Source: the human T2T-CHM13v2.0 reference genome, Homo sapiens. From it: a stretch of 64,000 bases of DNA. This document shows, piece after piece, positions 1 to 13,850 of this stretch; within the stretch, counting starts at the first letter, position 1, and every line of letters starts with the position of its first letter. The notes under the pieces are model-generated. The model saw only the letters and a program-made list of their open reading frames with translations. It had not been told where the DNA came from and made no database searches. The stretch lies in the NCBI RefSeq assembly GCF_009914755.1, contig NC_060928.1; one strand, written 5' to 3'. The position numbers and the translations under genes are program-made.

Positions 1-589
1 CATCTGAATTTTCACAATGACATCTTTGAATATGCATCCTTTATCTACAGTAGCCTTAATTGCAGGGGCTGCACCCCTGACAGTCCTGCTTAGAGCAGCA
101 TTCACAAAACGCTCTTTTTCCAATTACTGTGTTTCAGAAAACAGCAACAATTCCCCGGACCATGGCCACCGAATTTCCTTTCCACAAATATCGGTTCAGC
201 CTCTTAAAAGTTGAATGAATAAGCATATAGCTTCCTTGGAAGTTAACTTCAAGTTGACCTGTCTTTTTCCTTATCTATTTTATTAATAGGTTTCTCTTTT
301 CAGGTATTGTAAAAATGAGATGAGTAGAAAATTATTTTTGGCATATGGAACTTGGACCTCCTGAAGGAGCTTAACTTAGAGTTTGGATCTTGTCACTGAT
401 GATCCAGTCATTTAATACCTATCTACGAAGCACTGATCGTGTGTTTTGTGGCTTTCAATTGTCATAGCCATGCTCACTGCCTTTCCCCAGCCAGCCCTGC
501 CCTCCTCATTTTATGCTGGGTCTCTCAAACTCAGTGTTCCTTGCATGTTTAGAATTCTTTTCCTGGGGGGATTATTTGATTGATCTTGT

Positions 590-700
590 TTGAGTTACTT
601 AGCCTCTCTGTGTCTCAATATTCTGATCTCTAAAACTGGGATAATAATGGTGCCTACCTCTTTGGGTTTCTTGAGGAATAAAAGAATTAATAATTAATAT
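590..700 (+). mobile_element. MIR SINE, 5' part; interrupted by the L1 at 701-2584 and resuming at about 2585-2650
   Basis: GAGTTACTTAGCCTCTCTGTGTCTCAA...GGGATAATAATGGTGCCTACCTC matches the MIR core. A MIR 3'-like segment (TCTGGCACACA...) follows the L1 tail. Confidence 0.75.
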
Positions 701-2584
<1,884 letters not shown>

Positions 2585-3769
2585 TTAATATGCATCAAAC
2601 TCTTAATATCTGGCACACACTACTTTATAACTGTAAGTAATTGTTATTGAAACAATCACAAATAACAAAGAAGAGAGGAAATTTTCAAGACAGTCACAGT
2701 CAGCAGGGTAGGGACCAGGTTTCATGGCATCTCAGTGTTTTCCCAGGAGCTGCTTGTGGTTGGGGAGGGGACGGGAGTTGTTTCTGCTCTTCACTCCACC
2801 CCAGCTGCCCCTCATTTTAGGATTAGCCTATAGAACATAAGAAAACACATCCAGTCCTTGAATATACAACCCCTCTCTCCCCATGCCACTCAGAAGCTGC
2901 ACCTGACATTTGTGGGATGGAGGGCCTTTCAAAGCTGACGGTCTTGCCTTTGTCTTATTGCTTGTGGTTTCCTGGCTGTTAAGCATAACAGCCTGTGGGG
3001 CTTCTGGCCCTTTTCATCCCTGGGCAGGTTGGGTGAGTAGACTATCCCAGACACTCTTGATTAGTCTAGAAGGAAAAGGGAGCTTTGTTAGCATCTCATT
3101 CAGAGGCCTTAGGATTTATGATCATTTTTCTGAAAATCCTGGATGAGATGAAAATACAGTGAGCATTCGGTGTCTGTGCAGCTATGAAGGAAGCAGCACA
3201 TAACTCAATTTGCAATTGGCCCTTGTATGTGTGCAGCACCCTTGGTCAAGATCTCCAAATTCCTACCTCTTAAATCAGATGACTTGCTGCTCCTCTATCT
3301 GTTTATGCAGAGTTCTAGATGAACCCAGTAGACTCTAGTGACTAAAGTAAACCACTTGCAGGCCCCCGAAGGAGACACACTCTTTCTGATTTCCTGTAGC
3401 TGGAGCAATTTTTCTTACCTTTCCTCCAGCTGATGCTTGCCCATCCTTCACTTTAAATGTTACTTCCTCTGGATTTTTTTTCCCTAATCCTGCAAATCTT
3501 GGTTCTGTAATTCCAATTCCTCAACACCAGATCTCTCCTTTTTCCCAGCACCAAAGCACACATCACAGGGAACAGTTTTTGCCTGTTTTCCTCCTGAGCA
3601 CTCCATGAAATCTTGAGCTCTTTGAATACTAGGACTCACAACTAGCACTGAATACAAAGCCTGGTACATCCTAAGAGTTGGACTGTTCAATAAAGATTTG
3701 TAGGCAAGAACTTCTAATTCACCCACCTTCTCTTTCTGGACACTGAAAGATGAGAAGGACCCGGTTCTG

Positions 3770-4110
3770 GGAAAATATGAGGGAGAGTCATGTTTAAGGC
3801 CATGAAAGAGCAAGTGCAAGGCCCTGAGGTGGAATCATGAAGCATGTTTGAGAAAGAAGAATGAGGACAAAACAAACCCAAGAGATGATGAGAAGAGAGG
3901 ACTCCAGTGAGAGGGACGAGAACTACATCAGAGAGGGCACCATGAGCCACCATAAGGAGCCTGGATTATTTTATACATGCAGTAAGAAGCCTTTGGATTT
4001 TTTTTTTTTTTGTCAGGAGAGTGGCACAATCTGATTTATGTTTTCAAAACATCACTCTGGCTGCTGAATAGAATCATTTGGAGAAGAGCAAGCTTGGAAA
4101 ATGGTAGGCT
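3770..4110 (-). mobile_element. L2 LINE fragment
   Basis: CAGGAGAGTGGCACAATCTGATTTATGTTTTCAAAACATCACTCTGGCTGCTG is typical antisense L2. Confidence 0.7.
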
Positions 4111-5266
4111 GTTGCAATTTTTAGTTTCTATTTGGAGTCTTGAAATTGGTGCATTTCTATTAATTTTTTTAAAAATAACAGCAACAGAAAGAATGTTTAA
4201 TATAAAACAGTTTATTTTCAACAACCTGTTTATGAGGCATTTTTGGAAACTGGGAAGCACTTTGCTTGTACTCGTTTAGACTGGAAATTATGATGTCTTA
4301 TTACAAATTTATTTTGAGAGTTGGGTGTAATTTCCCTTTATTGCAAAACCAGTATCAAAGAAACAAAAAAGAAACTGAAGAAAGACAGAATACAATTCAC
4401 CTCTCCATGTCAGAAAATTAAGGCTGCTTTTTCTCCCCAATTCTCTTACAGTCCTTGACTCTGAACATAAAGAGTTGGTTAAAGTTGTAATAATGATGGA
4501 TATATAGTGTATTGAATTCTGTTTCTTTCAAGTAATAGATACCACAGTACTTTCTATGTTTTATGTAAATGCTCAGCTCAGTGTTTGACATATAATCAGC
4601 AGTGTATGTTAAAATGTTGGCTTTCTTTTAATGCTCCTCCTCCATGTATCTCCATTATTGTGTTAGAATAAAGCCTTCATAGGGATTATTTTTAAAATTT
4701 GCAAAAGATTTTATCAAGTGAATAATCCATTTTTAAAGATCATTACACTCTGTTGGATATTTGGGCTAGTTACTTTTTTCCAATCTTATATAAGTTATTG
4801 CTTAATTAAACTGTTGTATTTATAATCTTTTTTCTTTTAGATTTTTGCCTTTGAACATGGGTTTCTAAAAGAATAATTTTTGGTTGGAAGAAAAGTTCCT
4901 TTCCTCCCAACGAAATACTGCATAGATTTACAATGTATGTATAATAGGCAAAAATTAAGTTTATTGGTCATCCACCTCGGAGTGGTAACCCCATCGTTCT
5001 TCAGGAAAGCTGGAAATTCCTGCTTTAGGATAAATAAATATAGGGAGCTGGGTAGAATTTTGAGTGAAAGCCTAAAATTATTTCTCAAATTCTCTGTATG
5101 ACTCTCAATCTGTGTATTTTTTTTAAAGAATTGAATCCTTTTGCCCTGCTTTTAGAAAACTGTAAGCAGACCAAATTAACAACTACACTGGGTATTATCA
5201 CTCTAATGAATTTTGTTAATAAAGTAGGCATCAATGGCATCTCACTTTCATTTTAATATAGTTATC

Positions 5267-5730
5267 TGTATCAGCCAGGGTTCTCCAGAGAAACAGAACC
5301 AACAGAATATGTAGATATATAGGAGAAGATTATGAAAATTGGTTCATGAGATTAAGGAGTCTGAATAGTCTCACAAGATATCTGCAAATGGAAGAACCAA
5401 AAAGATGGTGGCATAATCCAGTCCTAGTCTGAAGGTTCAAGAACCAGGAGCTCCAATGTCCAAGGGCAGAAGAATAAGGAAGATGAATGTTCAGCTCTAA
5501 AAGACAGAGAGTTAATTCACCTTTCCTCCACCTTTTTGTTCTGTTTGGGCCCCTCAGGGATTGGATTTGGCCACATTGGCAAGAAGCAAATCTTCTTTCC
5601 TCAGTGTACTGATTCAAATGCTAGCTTTTCTGGAAACACTCTTGTAGACATACCCAGAAATAATGTTTTAAGACCTATCTGGACATTTAGTAACCCCTCA
5701 AGATGAAATCTAAAATTAACAACCATAGTC
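5267..5730 (-). mobile_element. MLT2-family (ERVL) solo LTR
   Basis: Begins TGTATCAGCCAGGGTTCTCCAGAGAAACAGAACCAA and ends AGACATACCCAGAAATAATGTTT...TAAAATTAAC, matching the reverse complement of the MLT2 termini. Confidence 0.85.
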
Positions 5731-6015
5731 TCTTTTAATACAAGGGAAGTTTATCATTTCAATGAAAACAAAAGGCTTAAATTTATTGGGCATTTACTAT
5801 GACCAACTGTCTAGATTGTAGGAAATGCTCCATAAATTGCAGCTTTTTTTATTTTTCATGGACGTGAAACAGTTGGTCATGGGTTTAGTATGAATTCTCC
5901 TTTAATTCTTACCTTAGCTCTGTTATGAATATATTGTTATTGAATCTATTTTATGGGTGGGAAAACTGATATGGAGAGAAATTGAATAATTTTCTAATGG
6001 TCAGAGAGTGAGGGG

Positions 6016-6177
6016 AGATGGAGCCCAGCCTGGAACATGGATCTGTTGGACCTCACTGCTGATCATCTGTCCTCTTGCATGAATTGAATCTGCATTGCCT
6101 ATTTTTTTTATTATGAACTTGATGTTTTTCTCACTAATTTGAATTTACTCTTGTTTCACAGAAGGTATGTATTTATT
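6016..6177 (+). repeat. 162-bp direct repeat, copy 1 (copy 2 at 6989-7150)
   Basis: Ungapped alignment by eye with about 8 mismatches in 162 bp. Confidence 0.95.
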
Positions 6178-6880
6178 TTCTAGGCATATTTAATGCAAAT
6201 ATTTTTCCCAAGGACTTTTAAAAGATCCATTTAGCAGGAAATATTAAAGCTGAGGGAGTCATAAGTTGAGAAAAGTGCAGGTCTAATTTTATTAGTGTAC
6301 TAGGTGTGTGATTGCAAGAAGCAGAAGGAGATATTTTTACAATGTTTACTTATAAGAGTTCCTTGGGTTTTCAAAAACGGAATGAAATTGAGAAAAACCT
6401 AATAACTCCAAGAGTTGAGAGATCCCCTGTTGACTGCTTTAGGCCCTAATAAAACTCCCTGCAACTCAAATATTCCTTATGTCCTTTTACTCTTACCTTC
6501 ACAGTGGATATAATAAATAGAGTTTTTACAGATGAGGAAAATGAGGCAAAGATGCAAAATAGCTTTACTAACATCAGAGAGATTTTAAGTAGTGGGAAGA
6601 GATTAAACAGATATCTGGAGAAGTCCCAAACACATGCTATGTCTGCAATATATATCAGAAGGTGTCTACAGAGGTGCTTGTTTAAAGCAAATTATAGGCT
6701 TGAGGAAGCTTCAGTGGAGTGGCACCAATAGTCTAGATGTAGATCACTTCAATAACAAGAGACAGGCTGCGAAATTCGATCTGTCCACCATGGTGGTACA
6801 TGGTGGCAGGGAGGGGAGATTTGAAAGACACGTTCATCCTTCATTTTTATTTCCTTTTTTCTTTCTTTGTTTCTCTCTCC

Positions 6881-6944
6881 CTTCCTTCCTTCCTTCCTTC
6901 CTTCCTTCCTTCCTTCCTTCCTTCCTTCCTTCCTTCCTTCCTTC
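6881..6944. repeat. (CTTC)16 microsatellite within a longer polypyrimidine tract
   Basis: Read directly from the sequence. Confidence 0.97.
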
Positions 6945-6988
6945 TTCTTCCTTCATTCCTACTTCCTTCGTTCTACTTATTGCTGAAT

Positions 6989-7150
6989 AGATGGCTCCTA
7001 GCCTGGAACATGGATCTGTTGGGCCTCACTGCTGATCATCTGTCCTCTTGCATGAATTGAATCTGCATTGCCTATTTTTTTTATTATGAACTTGATGTTT
7101 TTCTCACTAATTTGAATTTACTTTTGTTATGCAGAAGGTATGTATTTATT
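6989..7150 (+). repeat. 162-bp direct repeat, copy 2 (copy 1 at 6016-6177)
   Basis: AGATGG..AGCCTGGAACATGGATCTGTTGG...CAGAAGGTATGTATTTATT is shared with 6016-6177. Confidence 0.95.
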
Positions 7151-7182
7151 CAGCAAAAAGTACATTGAATGCTTTATACTAG

Positions 7183-7999
7183 TGTTGACAAAAAGAGTCA
7201 AACTCTGTAAAACATTTAAAAATATTTATTCTGATTTATGAGTGACCAAGGGCTCATGACACAGCCCCAGGAGATCCTGAGAACATGTGCCCAAGATGGC
7301 TGTGCTACAGCTTGGTTTTATACATTATAGGGAGACATAAGACCTCAACCAATATATGTAAGATGTACACTGGTTCAGTCTGGAAAGGCACGACAATTGG
7401 AAGTGGGGGTTGGGGGTGTGGGAAGGATGGCTTTCACATCATAGGTGGATTCAAAGATTATCTGATCGGAAATTGGTTGAAAAGTTTTATCCTGCAGATG
7501 AAGCCCCCAAGTAGCCAGCTTCAGAGCTCTTATCAGACTTACAAAGATCCCAGACTCTTAGTTAATTCTCTCTCCGATCAGAGGAAAGACCCAGAAAAGA
7601 AAGTGGATTCCATACAGAATGTAGATTTTCCCCATGAAAGACAGGTTTGCAGGTCCATTTCAAAATATGTCAAAGAAATACATTGTGGGGTGAAATATTT
7701 CAATTTATTTCAGGGCCTGCTATCTGTCATGTGATACTATGCTAGAGTGAGGCTGAAATTTGGTGTCTTATTCCTACAAAAAAATCTATTTTGTAATTCT
7801 TAAGGTATCTAGATCTCTGTTTTAATGTTAATGCTGGTCAGTTGTTTCTGAATTCTAAAGAGAGGAGAGTATAATGAGGCATATCTGACCCCTACTCCCA
7901 TCATGGCCTGAACTAGATTTTCAAGTTTACTTCAGACTGTCCTTGGCTGAGAAAGGGATCCATCAGTTAGTTTGGGGGGAATTTTATTTTTGGCTTATG
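7183..7999 (-). mobile_element. MER4-family (ERV1) solo LTR inserted in an L2
   Basis: TGTTGACAAAAAGAGTCAAACTCTGTAAAA start, CCTGAGAACATGTGCCCAAG, CCCATCATGGCCTGAACTAG, and ...ATTTTATTTTTGGCTTA end match reverse MER4. Confidence 0.88.
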
Positions 8000-8460
8000 C
8001 TGTGCACTGAGGAAGCAGAGATGAATGGAACATGATCCCTGCCATTAAGGAGCATACATTCAAGTGAGAAAGGCAGACAAACAAATGATTATAAAATAGT
8101 GTGAAATTATTTGATAGTTAACATCCACAGAAAGCCATGAGAAGGCAGGGCTTATTAGCCAATGGGTAACTACTCCATATTTGTTGAGTGAATATGAAGC
8201 TCAGAGGTGGGGCATCAGAATCTAAATGGGATGGGAGAGGTCAAGGAAACTTCCTGGAGAAGGATGAAGTTGGGCTGAGTGTTTTTTAGAAAGGTTCATA
8301 GGATTTAATTACCTGAAACGTTGAGCAGAGGGAGGTGTTCCATCCCAAGGACATGTCCAGTACAAACATTTAGAGGTGGAGACTAGAAGTCAATGTGCAA
8401 GGACCTGAAAGTGATTTCAAAAGGATGATGTGAAAGGAGGAGGTAGGAGACAGACCTGGG
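8000..8460 (-). mobile_element. L2 LINE 3' fragment (its tail lies at about 7150-7182)
   Basis: CAGAGATGAAT..ACATGATCCCTGCCATTAAGGAGC and AGGTCAAGGAAACTTCCTGGAGAAGG are antisense L2 motifs. Confidence 0.7.
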
Positions 8461-9999
8461 AGATTGCAAGTCTCAGACAAAACCAAGCTAAGGGAGATTG
8501 CAAGGTCCAGATTGGACTAGGCTAAGGTTGCTGGAATTTCCTTCCTGGAGGTGAAAGCTGGGACTCTGGAGGTCTTATTTTTTTTTAAGCTCACTTTCTA
8601 TATCATGCCTGAGATTTCTCCCATGGATGCATATTCTCTTCCACACCAGTTCCCCTGCTGCATGAAAGGACATCAGAGATGGCTCCACATCATGGAATCA
8701 ATAACTTATTGCCATGTGCAGAAGGTAAACTGGTTTGGGGATGAAAACCATAGTCTCCAGTCTCCTAAAGAAAAAGATGATCAGGGTTGGAGAGAAGGAG
8801 TAGATTTATGGCTCCAAGCATGTTGGAGGTGTGAAAGTTCCATATCACACACCTTTCTGATTTTCCTCAGCCCTCATTGGCTTCTTACCTGGGAAGCCAA
8901 CGATCAGCTTCTTTGAAAGGCCATTGCAGCATCCTTTGTGCCAGCTGTGGTCCTGACGTTTGTGGACATGTTACGAGGCTCAGCCAGATGGTTTGTCTGG
9001 TGTATATTGTATGAGAAATATATGATCATCATAATAGCTATAATTTAGTGGCCATTTTCCATGTACACATTTAATCTCCATAATAACTTTATGAAATAGG
9101 AATTATTATTCTTGTTTTACTAATGGGGAACGTAACTTTTTGAAAGATTAAGTGATTCATCCTAGAAAACGTAGTCACCACTCACGGTAAGAGTACTTGG
9201 GCCTGTGCCACACCAGCCTTCTATCTACATGGTATGCAGCTAAAATTGCCCTCAATGTTTCAGTTCTTAGCATTGGTTTTCTCTCCCCTTGGAGCGAAAA
9301 TCTATCCCTCTTGATAAAATCCTAGGACCATTTTGATGTTCTGCAGATGTCACACTCTTCCATAAGGACTTTCTTGACTCTCCTCATGTCCAAATCAGAA
9401 TTATCCCTCCTTTCCTATTTGTACATTGTATAAACTTCTATTACTGTCTACATTCCATAGTGGTTTTGGGATTTATCCGTGGGGCTGTGAGCCCCTCAAA
9501 GGTATGTCTCTTTCTATCTCCTGTGCTGATCCAGAGCCTCACAAATATTTTATAAACAACTGAATTAAAAATTGTTTTGGGGGTTTCAACTGGGAACATT
9601 ACTTCACCTATTCATGACAGTTCTCATTTCTGAAAATGTTAGCCTTGATTTATTTATCTTTTTTGTAAGTCTGTGAAATTTAACAGATGTATTTGATTGA
9701 CTATAGGGGAGTAATATGACTGCTAGAGAGGGAAGGATGACTTTTGTTTAGCTCCTCTTCTTCTGAAATGTCACAGACAGATCTGAAGGAGGTCTTTCCT
9801 CATATATTTTCATCTTTTCTTCATCATTCCCTTCTCCTTTCTTTTTCCAGCTCCAAAGCTATAAGTGTCCATTCGAAAGGTGAAACAGGCTTAAGAAATT
9901 TGGGAAGAAAGATGAAGACAGTTTTAAATTCACGCTGTGTGTGCCAATATTTTAAACTTTTTGGTTTTATACATTTCTTATCAAGAAGCTACTTAGCAT

Positions 10000-10200
10000 G
10001 GAGGCTATGGTGAGCACTGACCTGAGATAGCAGTTGCCAATTGTTAGCTGTGTATTTGTGGGCAAGTTACTTAACCTCTCTGAGCTTCAGTTTCATCATT
10101 CATAAAAGTGAGATTTTATAATAATAGTATGGAAATCATAGGATTGTCACCAAGAAACCTTAGATTCAACTGTGCAAAATATCATTTAGTACTTGTTTCC
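10000..10200 (+). mobile_element. MIR SINE
   Basis: GGGCAAGTTACTTAACCTCTCTGAGCTTCAGTTTCATCAT matches the MIR core. Confidence 0.8.
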
Positions 10201-10760
10201 TCTAAATAGTTTTCAGTTAAAGTGATAGCTTACAATCTTGGCTAGTCATTATATTCATGCACAGAGATTTTTAAAAATCCTACTCCTGATATTCCAATAA
10301 ATACAGCTTAGAGTTACATTTTTCTCCTTAATTTTGATCACAGACTTACTATTGGTTTATTCAGAAAGATTAGAGAACACACCATATCATAATTAAGCAT
10401 GAAAGCTGTTTTTATAATGGACAAAACATATGATTTTGAAATACTGAATATACATCTATATCATTTTTTATTGCTACAGGGTATTTCATGCCCTACTCCT
10501 TTGACTTTGGCTGAGATTCTCACTATATCTATGGAGAGCTATATTCATCAGAAAGGAGACATAGGCATGTTTAGAAGATCTCACTTGAGCCTGGTTTGGG
10601 GCAGAGAACAATGTGGCCTTTTGACATGCCTTTGGGCAGGTGGATACTAATTATATTATCATCATTAAAATAATGCCAGTATACATTAATCAATAGTTTT
10701 CATAAGATGTTAGCAGAATGCTTTAATATACAGTATTTTAGTCTATTCTTACAGCAGTTC

Positions 10761-10900
10761 TACTAGATACATTTATTATTACTAGATACTCGATACATGA
10801 CACTCGATACTAGACACTAGATAGATACTCGATACATGTATCGAGTATCTATACTAGACACTAGATAGACACTAGATAGATACTAGATACATTTGGTATT
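10761..10900. repeat. Complex micro-repeat insertion with a perfect 32-bp palindrome, inside a minus-strand MIR
   Basis: TACTAGATACATTT at 10761 and 10881 flanks shuffled ACTAGATA/CTCGATAC units. ATAGATACTCGATACATGTATCGAGTATCTAT (10821-10852) is self-complementary. Confidence 0.9.
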
Positions 10901-11544
10901 GCCACTAAAGGAAACTGGGATGACTTCCCCACTTTGACATGCCTAGTGTGTGTCAGAATTGAAATTCCAATGAGATCTTTCAAACTCCAGAGCCTGATAG
11001 GCCCCCCTAGTCTGGTGCCTTACTATTCTCAAATCTTATGAATAATTATTTTTGATGGAAATCTATGCTTACTAAGCAATATTTTGAGTATAATTTAACT
11101 TCCCACATGGCAGGTCTACAGGGAGAGAAAGTGCTGATCAGCCTACCTGAGTTTGTTCTACTTGAAGGTTACATTTCTCATTGAAAGATAACAAATGGGC
11201 ATCAGATTGATACATTGGCTTCACAAAACTGGTTAATACAATCTCAGTTCTGAGAGCTGACAAATCAAGGATTTGAGCTTGTGGATATGAAGCTCAGACT
11301 GTGGTGAATTCAGTAGGGTATTGCCCTTTGTGTGGACTTGCCTGTGAAGCTGTCTAGCCTTTTGCACTTGTTACTTCTCAGCTCTTTGCAGACTTTCTTG
11401 GAACTCAGTCCCATATTGAGCAAAATAATGTTTGCTGTACATTATTTGTCTCATCAGGGGGACCAGATGTATTTACCAACTTAGCATTTCCATACTGAGA
11501 CTATGCTCCTTCTACACCCAAGTATCCCCTGATAATGCTTTTTA

Positions 11545-11875
11545 CTAGTTAGGTTAGCATTAGTTGAAGCAACAAACCAACTCCAAATCTTATAAAGAAG
11601 TTTATTTCTCACTCACATAAAGTCATCTTTCATTTTGTGTTTCCACAATCTTCAACATAGTGCCTTCAAGGTCACCAAGAACGTGTATGGATGACTGCAC
11701 GAGGGAGATTTTTTATGCATCAGTTCTGGAGTGGTATCTGTTACTTTGAATCATATTCCACTGGCTAGAATTTAGTCACACAGCCACATCTGAATGCAAA
11801 GGAGACTTGGAAATGTAGTCTAGAGTGTGTCTAAGAAGAAAGAATAATGTTTTTGAGTAGCAGTCCATTTCTTGC
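11545..11875 (-). mobile_element. Old MaLR LTR (MLT1J/K-like)
   Basis: AAGTTTATTTCTCACTCACATAAAGTC and ATTCCACTGGCTAGAATTTAGTCACACAGCCACATCT...GGAAATGTAGTCT. Confidence 0.75.
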
Positions 11876-11904
11876 ATGATTACAAATGATTAATTTTAGC
11901 CGTT

Positions 11905-12600
11905 ATCCTTCCAGACCTCTAGCTTTGTATGCAAATCTTGTTTTTCTACATCTCCACTTGGATGTCTTACAGAATGTTCAATTTTCCAAACTAAATTTAT
12001 TTTCTTTTCCTGCCTCTTGCAACATCTTTGCCGTCACTATAGCCTCTCACCTAATGACACTATAATTCTCCAAGACATCTAACATAGAAACCTGAAATTT
12101 AACCAAGATTCTCTTTCCTTCCCTCACTATCTTAGCCAGTCTCTAAGTTCTGTCTCATTTTCATCATCACTATTAGAACTTAACATGGGTTAGTGGTTCA
12201 GAATATGGTTTCTGGAGTTAGGCTACTTGGGTTGGAATTCCAGATCTACCATTTTTAGTCCCATTACTTGAGAAGCTACTTAACTTTTTGGTGCTTTGTT
12301 TTCTCATCTGTAAAGTGGAAAGGCTATAAGAACAGAATCTACCTCATGGGGTTATTTCAAGTTAAGTGAATCAATATACGAGAAAGCTTTACAGTGCCAC
12401 ATAACATGTGCCCTCCTTTCTTCTGGTCCTAATTAAAGCCAAAGCCTCCTGATTAGTCTCTGCCTCTAGTGTCACTCATTTCCTTCTCTTCCTTTTCATT
12501 ATTTTCGTAAAGGCTCAAGCCCTGCAATGATACCTTACTGTCATCTAAATAAATTTCAAATTTCTTTACATGGCAGTCAATGGTTGCTAAATCTTTGTAC
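11905..12600 (+). mobile_element. L2 fragment interrupted by a MIR (about 12185-12410)
   Basis: ACATCTCCACTTGGATGTCT (L2); TAGTGGTTCAGAATATGGTTTCTGGAG...TTCTCATCTGTAAAGTGG (MIR). Confidence 0.7.
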
Positions 12601-13326
12601 TCATGTTTCACTCTATTTTATTTTATATTCCCTCAAATCCAAACAATGATATGAGGTCATATTAGTTCTTAAATTATCCTCCCTTGAAATCTCTTAAAAT
12701 GCCCAACTCCCTGATTTTTAGAAAGCCAGGGAGAAAGAAAATTGATTTTCTTCTAAAATGAAATGATAAGTAGTAAATGAAAAAAAAATTTCATTTGCTA
12801 CTAATTTGTATCAATTCTTCATTACCATCACCACCACCATCATCATATATCTGTATATTATCTATATCATTTTTATGTATATCATCTATATCTATCTCTC
12901 ATGTATCTTCTTGATTGTGTGTGTGTAAGGGGATGTCATGATTTTGGAGTGCTTCTGTTGTTCTTTATCAATACACAGCATTTCTGAATTCCAGGACAAT
13001 TTCAGAAGACAGAAACTAGAAAAAAAAATCTAGAATTTCTACTTGAACCTCCATGCATTATTTCTGTGATCCAACTCTCTAAGGTATAAGCCACTGAACT
13101 AAATGCATTTACGATTAGAGATGCCAAATATTTAGACCTTTTTTTTTTTAATCTCTCAGCCTCTTTACCAACACTACTCAACAAGCATGGAATACATGAG
13201 AGCAAGAATATGACAGGGAAAAGAAAACATGGAAGTCACTATGAATCTCACGTTGGTCATGCCTTTAGGCACTATTCTGACATGGTGATGTGCTGATGGC
13301 TTGCTTTCATGTAATGCTCAATGGAG

Positions 13327-13850
13327 TCTGGTAGGCAGCCTTCTAGGATGGCCTTGAATGGTTCCTACCTCCTAGTACTTGCGTCTTTGCATAGTCCCTT
13401 CCCCTTAAGTTTGGGCTGAAGGACTTAATGAGTTGTTTCTAACAAAAAGTATATGGCAAAGACTGTGACTTCCAAGTTACTAGAACTCTCTTGCCTTCTT
13501 GCTCTGAGAAAGCCTGTTGTCACCTTGTGAGTTGCATGGCAAGGACCTAAGGTAGCCTCTAGCCAACAGCCAGTGGGGAATTGAGTCTCCTGTTCTCAGA
13601 GCCCATGAGAAAAGGACTCCTGTGATTAGCCATGTGAGTGAGCTTGGAAGCAGACCCTTCCCCAGTTAAGCCTTGGGGTGAGTGCCACTCTGCCCATCAC
13701 CTTGATTGGAGCCTGTGAGAGACCTTGAGCCGGAGGATGCAGCTAAGCCACAGCTGGGTTCCTGACCCCAGACCTGTGAGATAATAAATATTTTAAGTCA
13801 CTACAATTTTCAGGTAATTTATCAAGTATATGTACCAATAAATTGACTAC
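13327..13850 (+). mobile_element. MaLR LTR (MLT1E/F-like)
   Basis: GGTAGGCAGCCTTCTAGGATGGCC start; GTGAGCTTGGAAGCAGACCCTTCCCCAGT; CCTGACCCCAGACCTGTGAGATAATAAAT. Confidence 0.85.

Noticed and set aside
17-214. 65-aa ORF in non-repeat sequence at the window start
   Set aside because: No recognisable protein family and no supporting gene structure. Cannot be called from sequence alone.
7285-7734. 149-aa ATG-initiated ORF
   Set aside because: It lies wholly within the antisense strand of a MER4 LTR and has no recognisable domain.
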